The notes: generated from the letters alone by a model not told the origin. A DNA stretch of 64,000 nucleotides from an uncultured Bacteroidota bacterium (GCA_913055635.1 CAJXLK010000003.1:13959-77958), one strand, 5' to 3'. Shown: positions 46,273 through 56,303, counted from the first letter of the stretch. Numbers and translations are program-made.

Positions 46273-47751
46273 ATGAAACCGTTTTATTCAATTATACTGT
46301 CTGCTTTGGTGATTCTTGGTGCAATGGGTGGGTGCACCGAAGATTTTCAACAGATTGACAAGCCCAAAACCACCGCTGCTGATATTGATTCAAAATATTT
46401 ATTTACCCGTTCGCTGGTAACCGGGTCAGGTATCAGTGTAGGGGTATGGCAGTATCAGCATCAGTTGCGGGGTTCGGTCTATGCCCAGCATTTTACCAAC
46501 ATCAATTCGGATTTTACCACGGCCAATTTTGAGCCTTTGCCCGGCAATACCATTTGGGAGTGGTATTATGCCCGCAAATATTTTGCCCCGCTCAATCTGA
46601 ATCATCAGGTGCTCAAGCTTGCGCGCGGGGAGGATAATCCCATCAAAACCGGTGTTGCCCGCATCTGGAATGTCTATTTGTACCAGATATTGACCGATCA
46701 GTATGGGGATATCCCTTACTTTAATGCTTTTGAAAAGGCCAAGCCGGCGTTTGATCCTCAACAAGAGATTTACGCCGATATGCTCTCCGAGCTGGACCAG
46801 GCCGTTGAGCAGATCAAAGACAACCGGAACAAGGGATATGAAGGCCATGGTGAGGCCGATGTCCTTTATCAGGGCAATTTGGATCAGTGGATCCGTTTTG
46901 CCAATACCCTGACCATGCGCCTGGCTCTGAGGGTTTCCAATGTGGCCGAACAGGAGCTGACCATTCCCCACCTGGAGCGCCTTGATGTGGGTCAAACCAT
47001 GCAATCGGTGGATGATGCCGCCCGTATACTGCCCGACCCCAACGGGCCGACCTATCATGTTAAAAATCCCCTCTCCTATGTTTCCCAATGGAATGAAATA
47101 CGGGTGAGCCAAACCATGATGAATTTTCTCAAAGGCTATGATGATCCCCGGTTGGAAGTCTATGCCAATCCCAACGAAGCCGGTGAATATGTAGGGTTAA
47201 GAAATGGTCAGCCTACCGATAGTTTGAGCTTAAGATACAACAACCATTATGTTCCGGATTATTGTAACATAGGGTCTTATTTCACCGGCAAGGAGACCCC
47301 GCATCAATTACTGACCTATGCCGAGGCGTGTTTTCTGAAGGCCGAGGCCGCCTATAAGGGTTACATCAGCGGAAGTGCTGAAGACTTTTACAATCAGGGT
47401 ATCCGCGCCTCCTTCCGCCAATATGGCATCACCAACACCGATACGATCGAGGCCTATCTGCAGGGTTCTGCCAGTTATGATCCGGCCAACGCGCTGAAGC
47501 AAATTCACCGGCAGCGTTGGATTGCTCTGTATCCCAATGGCCGGGAAGCCTGGTCTCTGGTGCGCCGGACCGGACACCCCCAGATGATGGAGCCTGTTTA
47601 TACCTTCTCCGGCAACCAGGAGATGCCCCGAAGGGTGCCCTATCCGACGGCCGAACGTCGATACAACAAAAAACATTACCAGCAAGCCGTCAGCCGCATG
47701 GGCGGAGACAGCCAGTATACCCGGGTTTGGTGGGATACCCAAAACCCATGA
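46273..47751 (+). CDS. SusD-like outer-membrane lipoprotein (SusD-like_2/3 subfamily; PUL-2)
   Basis: Lipobox: AMGGC. Also DSKYLFTRSLVTGSG, ARIWNVYLYQILTDQYGDIPYFNAF, FANTLTMRLALRVSN, YAEACFLKAEAAYKG and RQRWIALYPNGREAWSLVRRTGHP. Confidence 0.85.
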   Translation: MKPFYSIILSALVILGAMGGCTEDFQQIDKPKTTAADIDSKYLFTRSLVTGSGISVGVWQYQHQLRGSVYAQHFTNINSDFTTANFEPLPGNTIWEWYYARKYFAPLNLNHQVLKLARGEDNPIKTGVARIWNVYLYQILTDQYGDIPYFNAFEKAKPAFDPQQEIYADMLSELDQAVEQIKDNRNKGYEGHGEADVLYQGNLDQWIRFANTLTMRLALRVSNVAEQELTIPHLERLDVGQTMQSVDDAARILPDPNGPTYHVKNPLSYVSQWNEIRVSQTMMNFLKGYDDPRLEVYANPNEAGEYVGLRNGQPTDSLSLRYNNHYVPDYCNIGSYFTGKETPHQLLTYAEACFLKAEAAYKGYISGSAEDFYNQGIRASFRQYGITNTDTIEAYLQGSASYDPANALKQIHRQRWIALYPNGREAWSLVRRTGHPQMMEPVYTFSGNQEMPRRVPYPTAERRYNKKHYQQAVSRMGGDSQYTRVWWDTQNP

Positions 47752-47834
47752 AAAACAATCTGTTGAATCGAAAAATAAAATCTTCTGATGCACCTCATCA
47801 ATTAATCTATTATGAACTCTAAAACCCAAAAGTT

Positions 47835-49496
47835 ATGAAAAGAACAAGTTTAAGTCTTTTAACCGGATTGTTCGTCTTTCTTTTAGCAGGAATGGTTTTT
47901 ACTTCCTGCGAAGAGGATGACGGAACAACCCCTAAAGCTGAAATCACCAGCTTTGCCATTGTAAATGCCGGTGCTGACGGCGAAACAACGATTGAAGGCA
48001 CCATTGAACAAACTTCGATTACTGTTGGTGTGCCTTACAAAACCGATCTCACCCAGTTGGTACCCCAGGTTGAGCTCACTAAAAATGCAGAAGTTACCCC
48101 CAGCAGCGGGGATACTCTGGACTTTTCAGAGCCCCGGAATTTCGTGGTCACCAATGGCGACCTGGAGAATACCTACCAGGTGACGGTCAACAAACAAGAC
48201 CCGACCGGACCGGTACTGAAGGCTCTGGATGTGACCAGCGTTACCACCCAGGATGTTTATGATGACCAGATTGATCAGGGCGCAGCCACGGTTAGCGTGA
48301 CCTATAATGAGCTGCAAAGTTCCACTGCGGTCCTCAAGAATGTTGAGGTAGGTCCCCAGGGCGCTACCTATACCACCTCCAGCGGAAGCGATACGGTGGA
48401 CCTGGCCAATGAGCCTGCCATTAAGGTTGGTTACCAGGAGGACACCATGTCCTATACCCTGACATCAGAAGTAACCCCCGCCGGATTGGATACCAGTTCC
48501 GCTTCCATCATCATGGATATGACGGCAGCTTCCCAGTCGGTTCCCACCGGCATCCAGACACAGGATTCCAGAGGCGCTGCTTATAACGGTGATTATGTAT
48601 TTGCTGCTTCCCTCGAGGATGGCAAACACATTTACTATTGGGAAGTGGGCAGCAGCGTGACCGAGCGCCAGGAGCTGGCCGGTATTGACTCGGTTTCAGG
48701 CGGAACCTTCCCTGTTTCTGATGTGCATACCGTTGGCGATGCCATTTATGTCTCCAACATGGTGATGAACGCCGGAGGCGTCTTTAAAGTTTATAAGTGG
48801 GACAACGTTGATGATGACGATCCTGAAGTGGTCCTCCAGTATGAAGTAGGCCAGGAGGAACGCCTCGGTGATGCCCTTTCCATCGTCGGCGACCCCACAC
48901 AGGATGGCTTCATCACTTCTCCCAACTTCCCCGGTTTTGGCGGCGAAACAGACAACAACAAATTCTACGTATGGCACGCCTCCGGAGGTGAACTGACTTC
49001 AGAGCCTGAAGTATGGGATGTCCAGGTTGAAAGCGGAAGGAACCTGGGTCAATATGGTAAGATGAACGCCATCCCAGGCGCCGATGGCATGTATGTTGCC
49101 TCTGGTGCCGAAATGGGCGTAGCTGTGGTTAACAGCAACGGAGAAGGTGTTTATGAAGTGCCCACCAGCTTAATCCCATTCAGGGCACAGGACCCCACCA
49201 TCTTTAAATACAATGACGGGGTGTACCTCTCCTATGTCGTTAACCAGCGAGCCTGGAACGGTGCCCGTTATCAGATCGTCAACATTACCGAAGGCAGCGA
49301 TCCGGTAGCAGGCCTGAAGAACCTCAGCGCTGCCAATATTAACGACAAGATCGTTTATTCCAAGAAATTCAGTGGCGGTGAAAATGTACAGACCATTAAT
49401 TCCGACAACGAAGTGGTCTTTGATGAAAATGGCGATCCCACCATCTTCTCATTTACCGTTACTGACGGTTTCCTGATTGAAAAATTCACCAAATAA
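47835..49496 (+). CDS. SusE/F-position surface lipoprotein (candidate glycan-binding protein), paralogous in architecture to 31348-32988
   Basis: Lipobox: VFTSC. EITSFAIVNAGADGETTIEGTIEQTSITVGVPYKTDLTQLVPQVELTKNAEVTPSSGDTLDFSEPRNFVVTNGDLENTYQVTVNK is a DUF5018-like Ig repeat, followed by a beta-rich C-terminal domain. Confidence 0.65.
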   Translation: MKRTSLSLLTGLFVFLLAGMVFTSCEEDDGTTPKAEITSFAIVNAGADGETTIEGTIEQTSITVGVPYKTDLTQLVPQVELTKNAEVTPSSGDTLDFSEPRNFVVTNGDLENTYQVTVNKQDPTGPVLKALDVTSVTTQDVYDDQIDQGAATVSVTYNELQSSTAVLKNVEVGPQGATYTTSSGSDTVDLANEPAIKVGYQEDTMSYTLTSEVTPAGLDTSSASIIMDMTAASQSVPTGIQTQDSRGAAYNGDYVFAASLEDGKHIYYWEVGSSVTERQELAGIDSVSGGTFPVSDVHTVGDAIYVSNMVMNAGGVFKVYKWDNVDDDDPEVVLQYEVGQEERLGDALSIVGDPTQDGFITSPNFPGFGGETDNNKFYVWHASGGELTSEPEVWDVQVESGRNLGQYGKMNAIPGADGMYVASGAEMGVAVVNSNGEGVYEVPTSLIPFRAQDPTIFKYNDGVYLSYVVNQRAWNGARYQIVNITEGSDPVAGLKNLSAANINDKIVYSKKFSGGENVQTINSDNEVVFDENGDPTIFSFTVTDGFLIEKFTK

Positions 49497-49519
49497 ACCT
49501 TAGGTGGTGATTCAAAAAT

Positions 49520-49557
49520 GAAAGAAGGAGTTGAAAACTTTTTCAACTCCTTCTTTC
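49520..49557 (+). terminator. Strong hairpin terminator inside PUL-2
   Basis: GAAAGAAGGAGTTGAAAA (49520-49537) and TTTTCAACTCCTTCTTTC (49540-49557) are perfect 18-nt inverted repeats, giving an effective stem of about 16 bp. The hairpin starts 23 nt after the stop of the surface lipoprotein gene, and a 137-nt gap follows. Confidence 0.7.
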
Positions 49558-49694
49558 AAATAACTTATGAAACCCCCATCCAGTAACCTACACAACAAGG
49601 AAATGAATAAAGCATGCAGGTTCCAGGGTGAACGGTTCGAGAACCATTGAGGCTGATTCGCTAGTATACTGATTTACAATCGATAATACATTTT

Positions 49695-51440
49695 ATGTTG
49701 ATGAAAATGATGATTCCATTTCAGCGGATTTTTGGCTTTTTCTTATTAATGGGTGTCCTTTTTAGCGTGGGTTGCGAGGAACAAGCACAGGACCAAAGCA
49801 GTGAAATCCCATTAAAGATCAAGTCCTTTCGTTTTGAGCAATTGGATCCTACAGTAGAAGGAAAGATTGATTCGGTCAATAAAGAGATTCATGCCAGTGT
49901 TCCCCATACGGCCGATATAACACACTTAACCCCCACCGTTACTTATACCGAAGGCGCCCGGCTTTCCCCGGCTTCCGGTTATGCTTACGATTTTTCTTCT
50001 CCCCTTGATTTCACCCTTACACAAGAAGATCGTTCGGTGACCTACACCGTTTTTGTAGATACTGCCGAATCGGATCAAAATGAATTAAAAAAATTATTGT
50101 TCCCTGATCTTTATTTAGAACAAAAAGTTCAGAATCAGGACATCACCCTTACCGTACCTTACGGAACGGACCTGACACAGGTCAAGACCCGATTTGTGGT
50201 CAGCGATTATGCCAGTGTGGATCCGGCTTCAAACAGCCAACTGGATCTGACTCAACCCCTTGAAATAACAGTGACTTCAGAAAGCGGAAAAAAGCAACAA
50301 TATACCCTGAGCGTTGAACATCGCCCCCAGCAAAAGGGCGTCCGCGCTTTTTGGGTGCCTGCCCCGTGGCATTCGCCATTCCTCAAGAGCTATGAAAACA
50401 TCAAAGAGGGGGTTGCCTTTGCCGATCAGCATAATTTTAACACCTTATATATCGTGGCCTGGTCGATGAATAAAATATTATATCCCAGCCAGACCCTAAT
50501 GGAGCATTCTTCTTACAGCTCCGTACAGGAGAGTTTATTTGGCGATTATACTGGTGGATCCGGCGATCCCCTGAAGGATGTCATCTCGGTGGCCCACGAT
50601 CATGGTTTGAAAGTGGTCCTTTGGTATGAATATGGTTTTATGGCCAATTGGGGGAATGCACCCACTCCGGAAAATAATGTTATTTTAGCCGAGCATCCGG
50701 GTTGGGTTGGCATCAACAACCAGGGACACCCGGCCAATTACAATGGCACGGATTACTATTACAATGCGTATCATCCTGAAGTGCGCGATTTTATGACCAG
50801 TATGGTGATGGAGGCAGTAAGGAATTATAACATTGACGGGATCCAGGGCGATGACCGCATGCCGGCCATGCCCAGGAACGCCGGGTATGACACCACCACC
50901 GTGCGCCTGTATAAGGAAGATCACAATGGCCAGGCGCCGCCGGATGATCCCAACAATTCGGAATGGGTAGAATGGCGGGCCAATATATTGAATCAATTTT
51001 GGAAGCAGTTGCATGATTCGGTCAAAACGGCTGATCCCGGGTGTGTTGTAGCATGTTCGCCCAACCCTTACCCGTGGGCTTTTGATAACCTGATGCAGGA
51101 CTGGCCTGAATGGCTGGATCAGGGTACGGTCGATCTACTATCTGTGCAGTGTTATCGTACTTCCCTGCCCTCTTATAATGCAACCATTAATGAGGTGCTG
51201 TCTTATTTCAACAGCCATGGCAGTGGGGATAAAAGCCGGCTTGCACCCGGCCTGCTGGCATATGGCTCTGATGGGTTGACCGACCCTGGTTTGCTGGCCG
51301 ATCAGATTGAAGCCAATCGCGCAAGGAATATACCAGGAGAAGCTTTCTTCTATGGCCATCCCTTAAGAAGAGATACGATGCAACATTTGCTCAAAGCCAA
51401 ATATCCCGGTGAAGCCAAATTGCCCGCGTTTTTTAAGTGA
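49695..51440 (+). CDS. Lipoprotein: two N-terminal Ig-like (DUF5018-like) repeats + UPF0748/GHL10 (YddW/DigH-type) putative glycoside hydrolase domain, subfamily B
   Basis: Lipobox: LFSVGC. Repeats: LKIKSFRFEQLDP...ASVPHTADITHLTPTVTYTEGARLSPASGYAYDFSSPLDFTLTQEDRSVTYTVFV and TLTVPYGTDLTQVKTRF...YTLSV. Catalytic-domain motifs: VRAFWV, GLKVVLWYEYGF, YHPEVRDFMTSMVMEAVRNYNIDGIQGDDRMPAMP, WVEWRANILNQF, VQCYR. Confidence 0.7.
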   Translation: MLMKMMIPFQRIFGFFLLMGVLFSVGCEEQAQDQSSEIPLKIKSFRFEQLDPTVEGKIDSVNKEIHASVPHTADITHLTPTVTYTEGARLSPASGYAYDFSSPLDFTLTQEDRSVTYTVFVDTAESDQNELKKLLFPDLYLEQKVQNQDITLTVPYGTDLTQVKTRFVVSDYASVDPASNSQLDLTQPLEITVTSESGKKQQYTLSVEHRPQQKGVRAFWVPAPWHSPFLKSYENIKEGVAFADQHNFNTLYIVAWSMNKILYPSQTLMEHSSYSSVQESLFGDYTGGSGDPLKDVISVAHDHGLKVVLWYEYGFMANWGNAPTPENNVILAEHPGWVGINNQGHPANYNGTDYYYNAYHPEVRDFMTSMVMEAVRNYNIDGIQGDDRMPAMPRNAGYDTTTVRLYKEDHNGQAPPDDPNNSEWVEWRANILNQFWKQLHDSVKTADPGCVVACSPNPYPWAFDNLMQDWPEWLDQGTVDLLSVQCYRTSLPSYNATINEVLSYFNSHGSGDKSRLAPGLLAYGSDGLTDPGLLADQIEANRARNIPGEAFFYGHPLRRDTMQHLLKAKYPGEAKLPAFFK

Positions 51441-51486
51441 ATGAACAAGATGACAAACCCACAAGGAAACCGTTAATGCCGATGCG

Positions 51487-52647
51487 ATGAGGGAATTGAA
51501 TTTTTTTGCAATATTGATCTTCATTGCAATGATGGGATTTGGGAGTGGCTTGAAAGCTCAAACCCACGAAAAATCTCTCGATCAATATGTTACAGGATAT
51601 AACCGGCCGGTGCGGGGTGTATGGCTGACCAATGTCGACAGCCGGGCCCTATATTCCCACGGGCACATCAAACGTGCCGTTCATAGGTGCGATCAGTGGG
51701 GCATCAATACCATCTTTGCTGTGGTATGGAACAAGGGCATGACCACCTACCGCAGCCAGGTGATGAAAGAGCTTACCGGAGTGGCGATTGACCCCCGGCT
51801 CGATTCGGCTGACCCCGGGAGGGATCCACTGAAGGAGTTGATTGCCGAAGCCCATCAACACAATATGAAGGTCTTCGCATGGTTTGAGTTTGGGTTTGCC
51901 GCTTCTTACCAGGCACAGGGAGGTGAAATCCTGAAGAAAAAACCCGGGTGGGCCCTGAAGAATGCCCAGGGCGAATTGGTTACCAAGAACGGCTTTGAAT
52001 GGATGAATCCCCTCGATCCAAAGGTTCAGGATTTTATGTTGTCGCTGATCGGTGAAGTTGTCCGCAATTATGATGTGGATGGCATCCAGGGCGACGACCG
52101 TTTACCGGCCATGCCGGTGGAAGGGGGATACAACCAGGAGATTGTCCGCGCTTACCGCCAGGCCCATCATGGACAGGACCCCCCCGATGATTACAATGAT
52201 TTTAGATGGGTGCACTGGCGGGCTGAGCAACTGACCAGTTTTATGAAAGCGCTTTATCAGCATGTCAAGTCCATCGATTCGGAATGTATTGTCTCGATGG
52301 CACCTAGTGTTTACCCCTGGAGCAAAGCCGAATACTTACAAGATTGGCCCCGCTGGGTGAATGCCGGCTATGTGGATATGGTCTGCCCCCAGGTCTACCG
52401 GAAGGATTCAGCCTATTACCGGCAAACCCTGAAGAAAACACGTCAATATATCCGTCCCGGCAAGCGCCATCTGCTGTATCCGGGCATCTTGATTAAGTCT
52501 GGCAATTACCGGGCATCACCTGATTTTTTCCGGCATATGATCCGTCAAAACCGACAACACAATATTCCGGGAGAAGTCTTCTTCTTTTATGAAGGGTTGA
52601 GCGATTATTCCAAATACTTGAAAACAAACTACAAAATCACAAATTGA
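51487..52647 (+). CDS. Secreted UPF0748/GHL10 (YddW/DigH-type) putative glycoside hydrolase, subfamily B
   Basis: Signal peptide: MRELNFFAILIFIAMMGFGSGLKAQ. Motifs VRGVWLTNVDS, NMKVFAWFEFGF, LDPKVQDFMLSLIGEVVRNYDVDGIQGDDRLPAMP, WVHWRAEQLTSF and PQVYR are colinear with the catalytic part of 49695-51440. Confidence 0.7.
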   Translation: MRELNFFAILIFIAMMGFGSGLKAQTHEKSLDQYVTGYNRPVRGVWLTNVDSRALYSHGHIKRAVHRCDQWGINTIFAVVWNKGMTTYRSQVMKELTGVAIDPRLDSADPGRDPLKELIAEAHQHNMKVFAWFEFGFAASYQAQGGEILKKKPGWALKNAQGELVTKNGFEWMNPLDPKVQDFMLSLIGEVVRNYDVDGIQGDDRLPAMPVEGGYNQEIVRAYRQAHHGQDPPDDYNDFRWVHWRAEQLTSFMKALYQHVKSIDSECIVSMAPSVYPWSKAEYLQDWPRWVNAGYVDMVCPQVYRKDSAYYRQTLKKTRQYIRPGKRHLLYPGILIKSGNYRASPDFFRHMIRQNRQHNIPGEVFFFYEGLSDYSKYLKTNYKITN

Positions 52648-52648
52648 T

Positions 52649-54145
52649 ATGTTACAGACAATACAGGGAATAGCGTTACTGGTGGTTTTTATTGTCATTA
52701 CCCTATTGATGTCAAAGCGGATATGGCCGGCCATGCTAGCCTTGCCAGTTTTGGCCATTTTCATCTCCCTGATTGCAGGCATTCATCTTCAGGATATATT
52801 TAAATATGTCATTGGCGAGGGCACCCTGATGCTCACCCAGCCTATGGTCATTGCTATGCTTGGCGGGGTTTTGAGTGTGTTGATGCAGAAAACCGGCATT
52901 GCTGAAGGATTCATTAAGAAGGGAGCTGAGTTGGCCGGGGATAAGCCCTTTGCCATATCGGTGATCATGTTGATTTTCATCATTCTTTTGTTCACCTCTC
53001 TTGGTGGATTGGGCGCCATGATTATGGTGGGCTCGGTGGTGCTTCCGATTTTGACCTCGGTCGGGATCGGCGCCCTCACCGCCGGTGTGATCATGTTGAT
53101 GGGGGTCAATATCGGGGGCATGTTCAATTTTCACAACTGGAGCCTGTATATGAATTCACTGGATCTGACCAAAGAACAGGTTCAGCGCTTTGTCTCGGTG
53201 ATGGTGGTTATTGCTTTTGTGGGGGCCCTGGTTTATTTGGCGATTCAGCTTTATCGCGACGGGTTTGATCTGAAGCGCAAGAAGATGGCACGGAACTTCG
53301 CCCTTTTGGTTATTATTGGCGGGGCCATTTATTTTGCCGTCAAGCAATTCGCCGGACCATCCGTGATGGAATTCATCAAGTCTGTAGGCAGCGTGCTGCA
53401 GACCGGGTTCTATTACATCATTCTGGGTGGCATCATCGCCATCTTCGCCCATGCGGGTTACCGGGCCTTACGGTACCGCAACCGCGATGAAAATCCCATT
53501 CACTGGTCAGCCATCTTTACCCCCATCATTCCGCTTTTTCTGATCCTGGTGTTTGATATGAATTTTGTTGCGGCTTTTGTGTTGGGCATCGCTTATGGTT
53601 TTGTCATCACCTATAAGCGGGAACATGTTACCACGCTTCTGAAATCATTGGTAGAAGGCTCTTATGTTGTTTTACCGGCGGTGATTCTGATGTTTGGTAT
53701 TGGCTGGGTTCTGGTTTCAGTGCGTGGCCCCGATACCATGCCTGAGGCCGAGATGCTGGCTCAATATGGTACTGATACCTGGCCGGTTCGGGATTTGTTG
53801 GTGCCTTTCGTTCAGAGCATTATCCCCACACAGGGATGGCAATATGTGTTGGTTTTCACCATACTGGCGCCCCTGGCGTTGTATCGCGGGCCCCTGAATA
53901 TATGGGGCATGGGCTTTGGCATTGCTTCGGTGCTTTTGGCCGCGGGCATGCATTCGGGCGCCATCCTTGGTATGCTTTGGTCAGTGGGCCAGATCCAGGC
54001 CATCTCTGACCCCACCAACCTCCAGAACGTCTGGGTCGCAAACGAGATGAAAATAGAGGTGCAGAAGATTCTGACCAATACCCTGCCCTATTCCTGGATA
54101 TTTGCCTTGTTAGGATTGATCGCAGGTGCAATCATGTATTTCTAA
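52649..54145 (+). CDS. Ion-transporter (IT) superfamily permease, GntP/DcuC/CitMHS-like (carboxylate-type transporter candidate)
   Basis: 498 aa with about 12-14 hydrophobic spans. AMLGGVLSVLMQKTGIAEGFIKKGAELAGDKPFAISVIMLIFIILLFTSLGGLGAMIMVGSVVLPIL resembles the GntP/IT-superfamily hairpin region. The gene starts 1 nt after the preceding stop. Confidence 0.5.
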   Translation: MLQTIQGIALLVVFIVITLLMSKRIWPAMLALPVLAIFISLIAGIHLQDIFKYVIGEGTLMLTQPMVIAMLGGVLSVLMQKTGIAEGFIKKGAELAGDKPFAISVIMLIFIILLFTSLGGLGAMIMVGSVVLPILTSVGIGALTAGVIMLMGVNIGGMFNFHNWSLYMNSLDLTKEQVQRFVSVMVVIAFVGALVYLAIQLYRDGFDLKRKKMARNFALLVIIGGAIYFAVKQFAGPSVMEFIKSVGSVLQTGFYYIILGGIIAIFAHAGYRALRYRNRDENPIHWSAIFTPIIPLFLILVFDMNFVAAFVLGIAYGFVITYKREHVTTLLKSLVEGSYVVLPAVILMFGIGWVLVSVRGPDTMPEAEMLAQYGTDTWPVRDLLVPFVQSIIPTQGWQYVLVFTILAPLALYRGPLNIWGMGFGIASVLLAAGMHSGAILGMLWSVGQIQAISDPTNLQNVWVANEMKIEVQKILTNTLPYSWIFALLGLIAGAIMYF

Positions 54146-54158
54146 GAAAAACAGAATT

Positions 54159-56303
54159 ATGAGAAAAGTAAAAGTAGGTATTGATGTAGGCGGAACATTT
54201 ACCCATGCTGTCGCGGTGGATGTTACTTCGTTTGATATTATCGGAAAGGCCTGTGTTCCGACCACCCATGAGTCCAGGCAGGGGGTGGCTGAAGGGGTGA
54301 TACAGTCCATGTATCAACTCCTTGAGAACGCTCAGATCTCTCCGGAAGAAATTGTCCTGATTGCCCATTCCACCACCCAGGCCACCAATGCCTTGCTGGA
54401 AGGGGATGTGGCCCATGTGGGCATCATTGCCATGGGTCAGGGCATGGAGGGGCGTTTGGCCAAAAAGCAGGCCCGGATGAACGATATATACCTGACTTCC
54501 GATAAATTGTTGCCGACTTCTTTCCGTTTCCTGAACGATGCCACCCCGGTCACCGAAGAGCGGGTCAGGCAAGCCATTAAGGAGTTGAAGCAGGAAGGGG
54601 CCCAGGTGATTGTGGCCAGCCAGGTCTTTGGTCCGGAGAACGACGACAATGAAAAGATGGTGGTGCGTGTTGCCGAAGAAATGGGCTTCATGGCTACTTC
54701 GGCCTGCAGCCTATCCCAGCTTTATGGGTTGAAGATCCGGACCCGTACGGCCGTGGTCAATGGCTCGATGATGCCCAAGATGATGGAGACGGCCAACCTG
54801 ACCGAGGAGGCCGTGCGTGAAAGCGGCATCAAGGCGCCCCTGATGGTGATGCGCTCGGATGGCGGCATCATGGATATTGGCGAAATGCGTAAAAGACCCA
54901 TCCTGACCATGCTCTCGGGGCCGGCCGCCGGTGTCGCTGCCGCCCTGATGTATGCACGCATATCCGATGGCATCTTTGTGGAGGTCGGAGGGACTTCCAC
55001 CGATATTTCCGTCATTAAAAACGGGATGCCCCAGGTTAAAACCGCCCAGATCGGTTCCAACCGGTTGAGCGTTAAAACCATCGATGTCCGAACCATCGGC
55101 GTTGGCGGAGGTTCCATTCCCCGGTTCGATAAAAACCGGGTGGTGGAGGTCGGCCCGCGCAGTGCCCATATCGCCCAACTCGCCTATTCAGCTTATACCA
55201 ACGAGGAAGATTTTGACGATATTGAGCTGGAAAAAATTCAACCCCGAAAGGGCGATCCCAAAGACTATATGAAAATCGCCAACAACGGCACCAATTATAC
55301 CCTCACCCCCAGCGCCGCATCCTATTATTTGGGGCTGGTTAAAAAGTTTGGCCATGGCCAGGCCAATATGACCGCAGTGACCCGTGCAGTTGATGCAGTG
55401 GCGGGCAAACTTAAAATGAGTGGCCGGGAGCTGGCCGACAGCATTTTAAAGTATTCTTCCCACAAAATTGAAGGCATTGTCAAAAAGTTGATTCGTGAAT
55501 ATAAACTGGACAAGAGCTTTGTGGTTTTGGTCGGTGGAGGCGGGGGCGCCAGTGCCCTGGTGCCCCATGCTTCCAACCATATGCAATTGGAGCATCAAAT
55601 TACCGATAATTCCGAAGTCATCTCTGCCATCGGCGCTGCCATGGGAATGATCCGCGATACCGTGGAACGCAGCATTTTTAACCCCTCCGACAACGATATC
55701 GTGAAAATACGCCAGGATGCCTCTGAATCGGTTATTTCTATGGGTGCCGAACCCAGTACCGTGGAAGTACACGTGGAAGTGGATAACCCCAACCGCAAAG
55801 TCATTGCCGTTGCCACCGGTTCGAGCGATATGAGCTACCGCGAACGCCATACTGAGGTAACCGAAGATAAACTCAAAGAAATTGCGGCCCATAACCTGAA
55901 AACCCAAAAAGAGCATATTCAGATCCTGGGCCAAACCAATTTGCTCAATGTGGTGGGGTACGAGAAGATCAAATCCCACTTTTTTGGCCTGATGAAGGAG
56001 CGGGAACAACCTGTGCTGATCATGGATCATGAAGGGGTGGTTAAACGCAAATTCCCCGATATCAAGGTCCAGGCTACCACTGCCGATGGCGTTAAAGGCG
56101 TCATTGAGGAATTGGGTGAAGAGTTGCGCTCATACGGCGATGCCGGTGAGCTGATTCCCGACATCTATGTGGTCATCTCCGGAAAGATCATCGATTTGTC
56201 GGGATTGCTGAATATATCGCAGATTATTTCCCTGGTGGATTATGACCTGAAGGAATTCGCCGGCGATAATCCGGCAGTGGTGCTGGCTAAGAAACAGCGA
56301 TGA
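54159..56303 (+). CDS. Hydantoinase/oxoprolinase (HyuA-type, ASKHA-fold ATPase) family protein; no HyuB partner present
   Basis: MRKVKVGIDVGGTFTHAVAVD (Hydant_A_N motif). Also AHSTTQATNALLEG, LMVMRSDGGIM, MLSGPAAGVAAA and FVEVGGTSTDISVI. 714 aa from the ATG at 54159. Confidence 0.7.
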   Translation: MRKVKVGIDVGGTFTHAVAVDVTSFDIIGKACVPTTHESRQGVAEGVIQSMYQLLENAQISPEEIVLIAHSTTQATNALLEGDVAHVGIIAMGQGMEGRLAKKQARMNDIYLTSDKLLPTSFRFLNDATPVTEERVRQAIKELKQEGAQVIVASQVFGPENDDNEKMVVRVAEEMGFMATSACSLSQLYGLKIRTRTAVVNGSMMPKMMETANLTEEAVRESGIKAPLMVMRSDGGIMDIGEMRKRPILTMLSGPAAGVAAALMYARISDGIFVEVGGTSTDISVIKNGMPQVKTAQIGSNRLSVKTIDVRTIGVGGGSIPRFDKNRVVEVGPRSAHIAQLAYSAYTNEEDFDDIELEKIQPRKGDPKDYMKIANNGTNYTLTPSAASYYLGLVKKFGHGQANMTAVTRAVDAVAGKLKMSGRELADSILKYSSHKIEGIVKKLIREYKLDKSFVVLVGGGGGASALVPHASNHMQLEHQITDNSEVISAIGAAMGMIRDTVERSIFNPSDNDIVKIRQDASESVISMGAEPSTVEVHVEVDNPNRKVIAVATGSSDMSYRERHTEVTEDKLKEIAAHNLKTQKEHIQILGQTNLLNVVGYEKIKSHFFGLMKEREQPVLIMDHEGVVKRKFPDIKVQATTADGVKGVIEELGEELRSYGDAGELIPDIYVVISGKIIDLSGLLNISQIISLVDYDLKEFAGDNPAVVLAKKQR

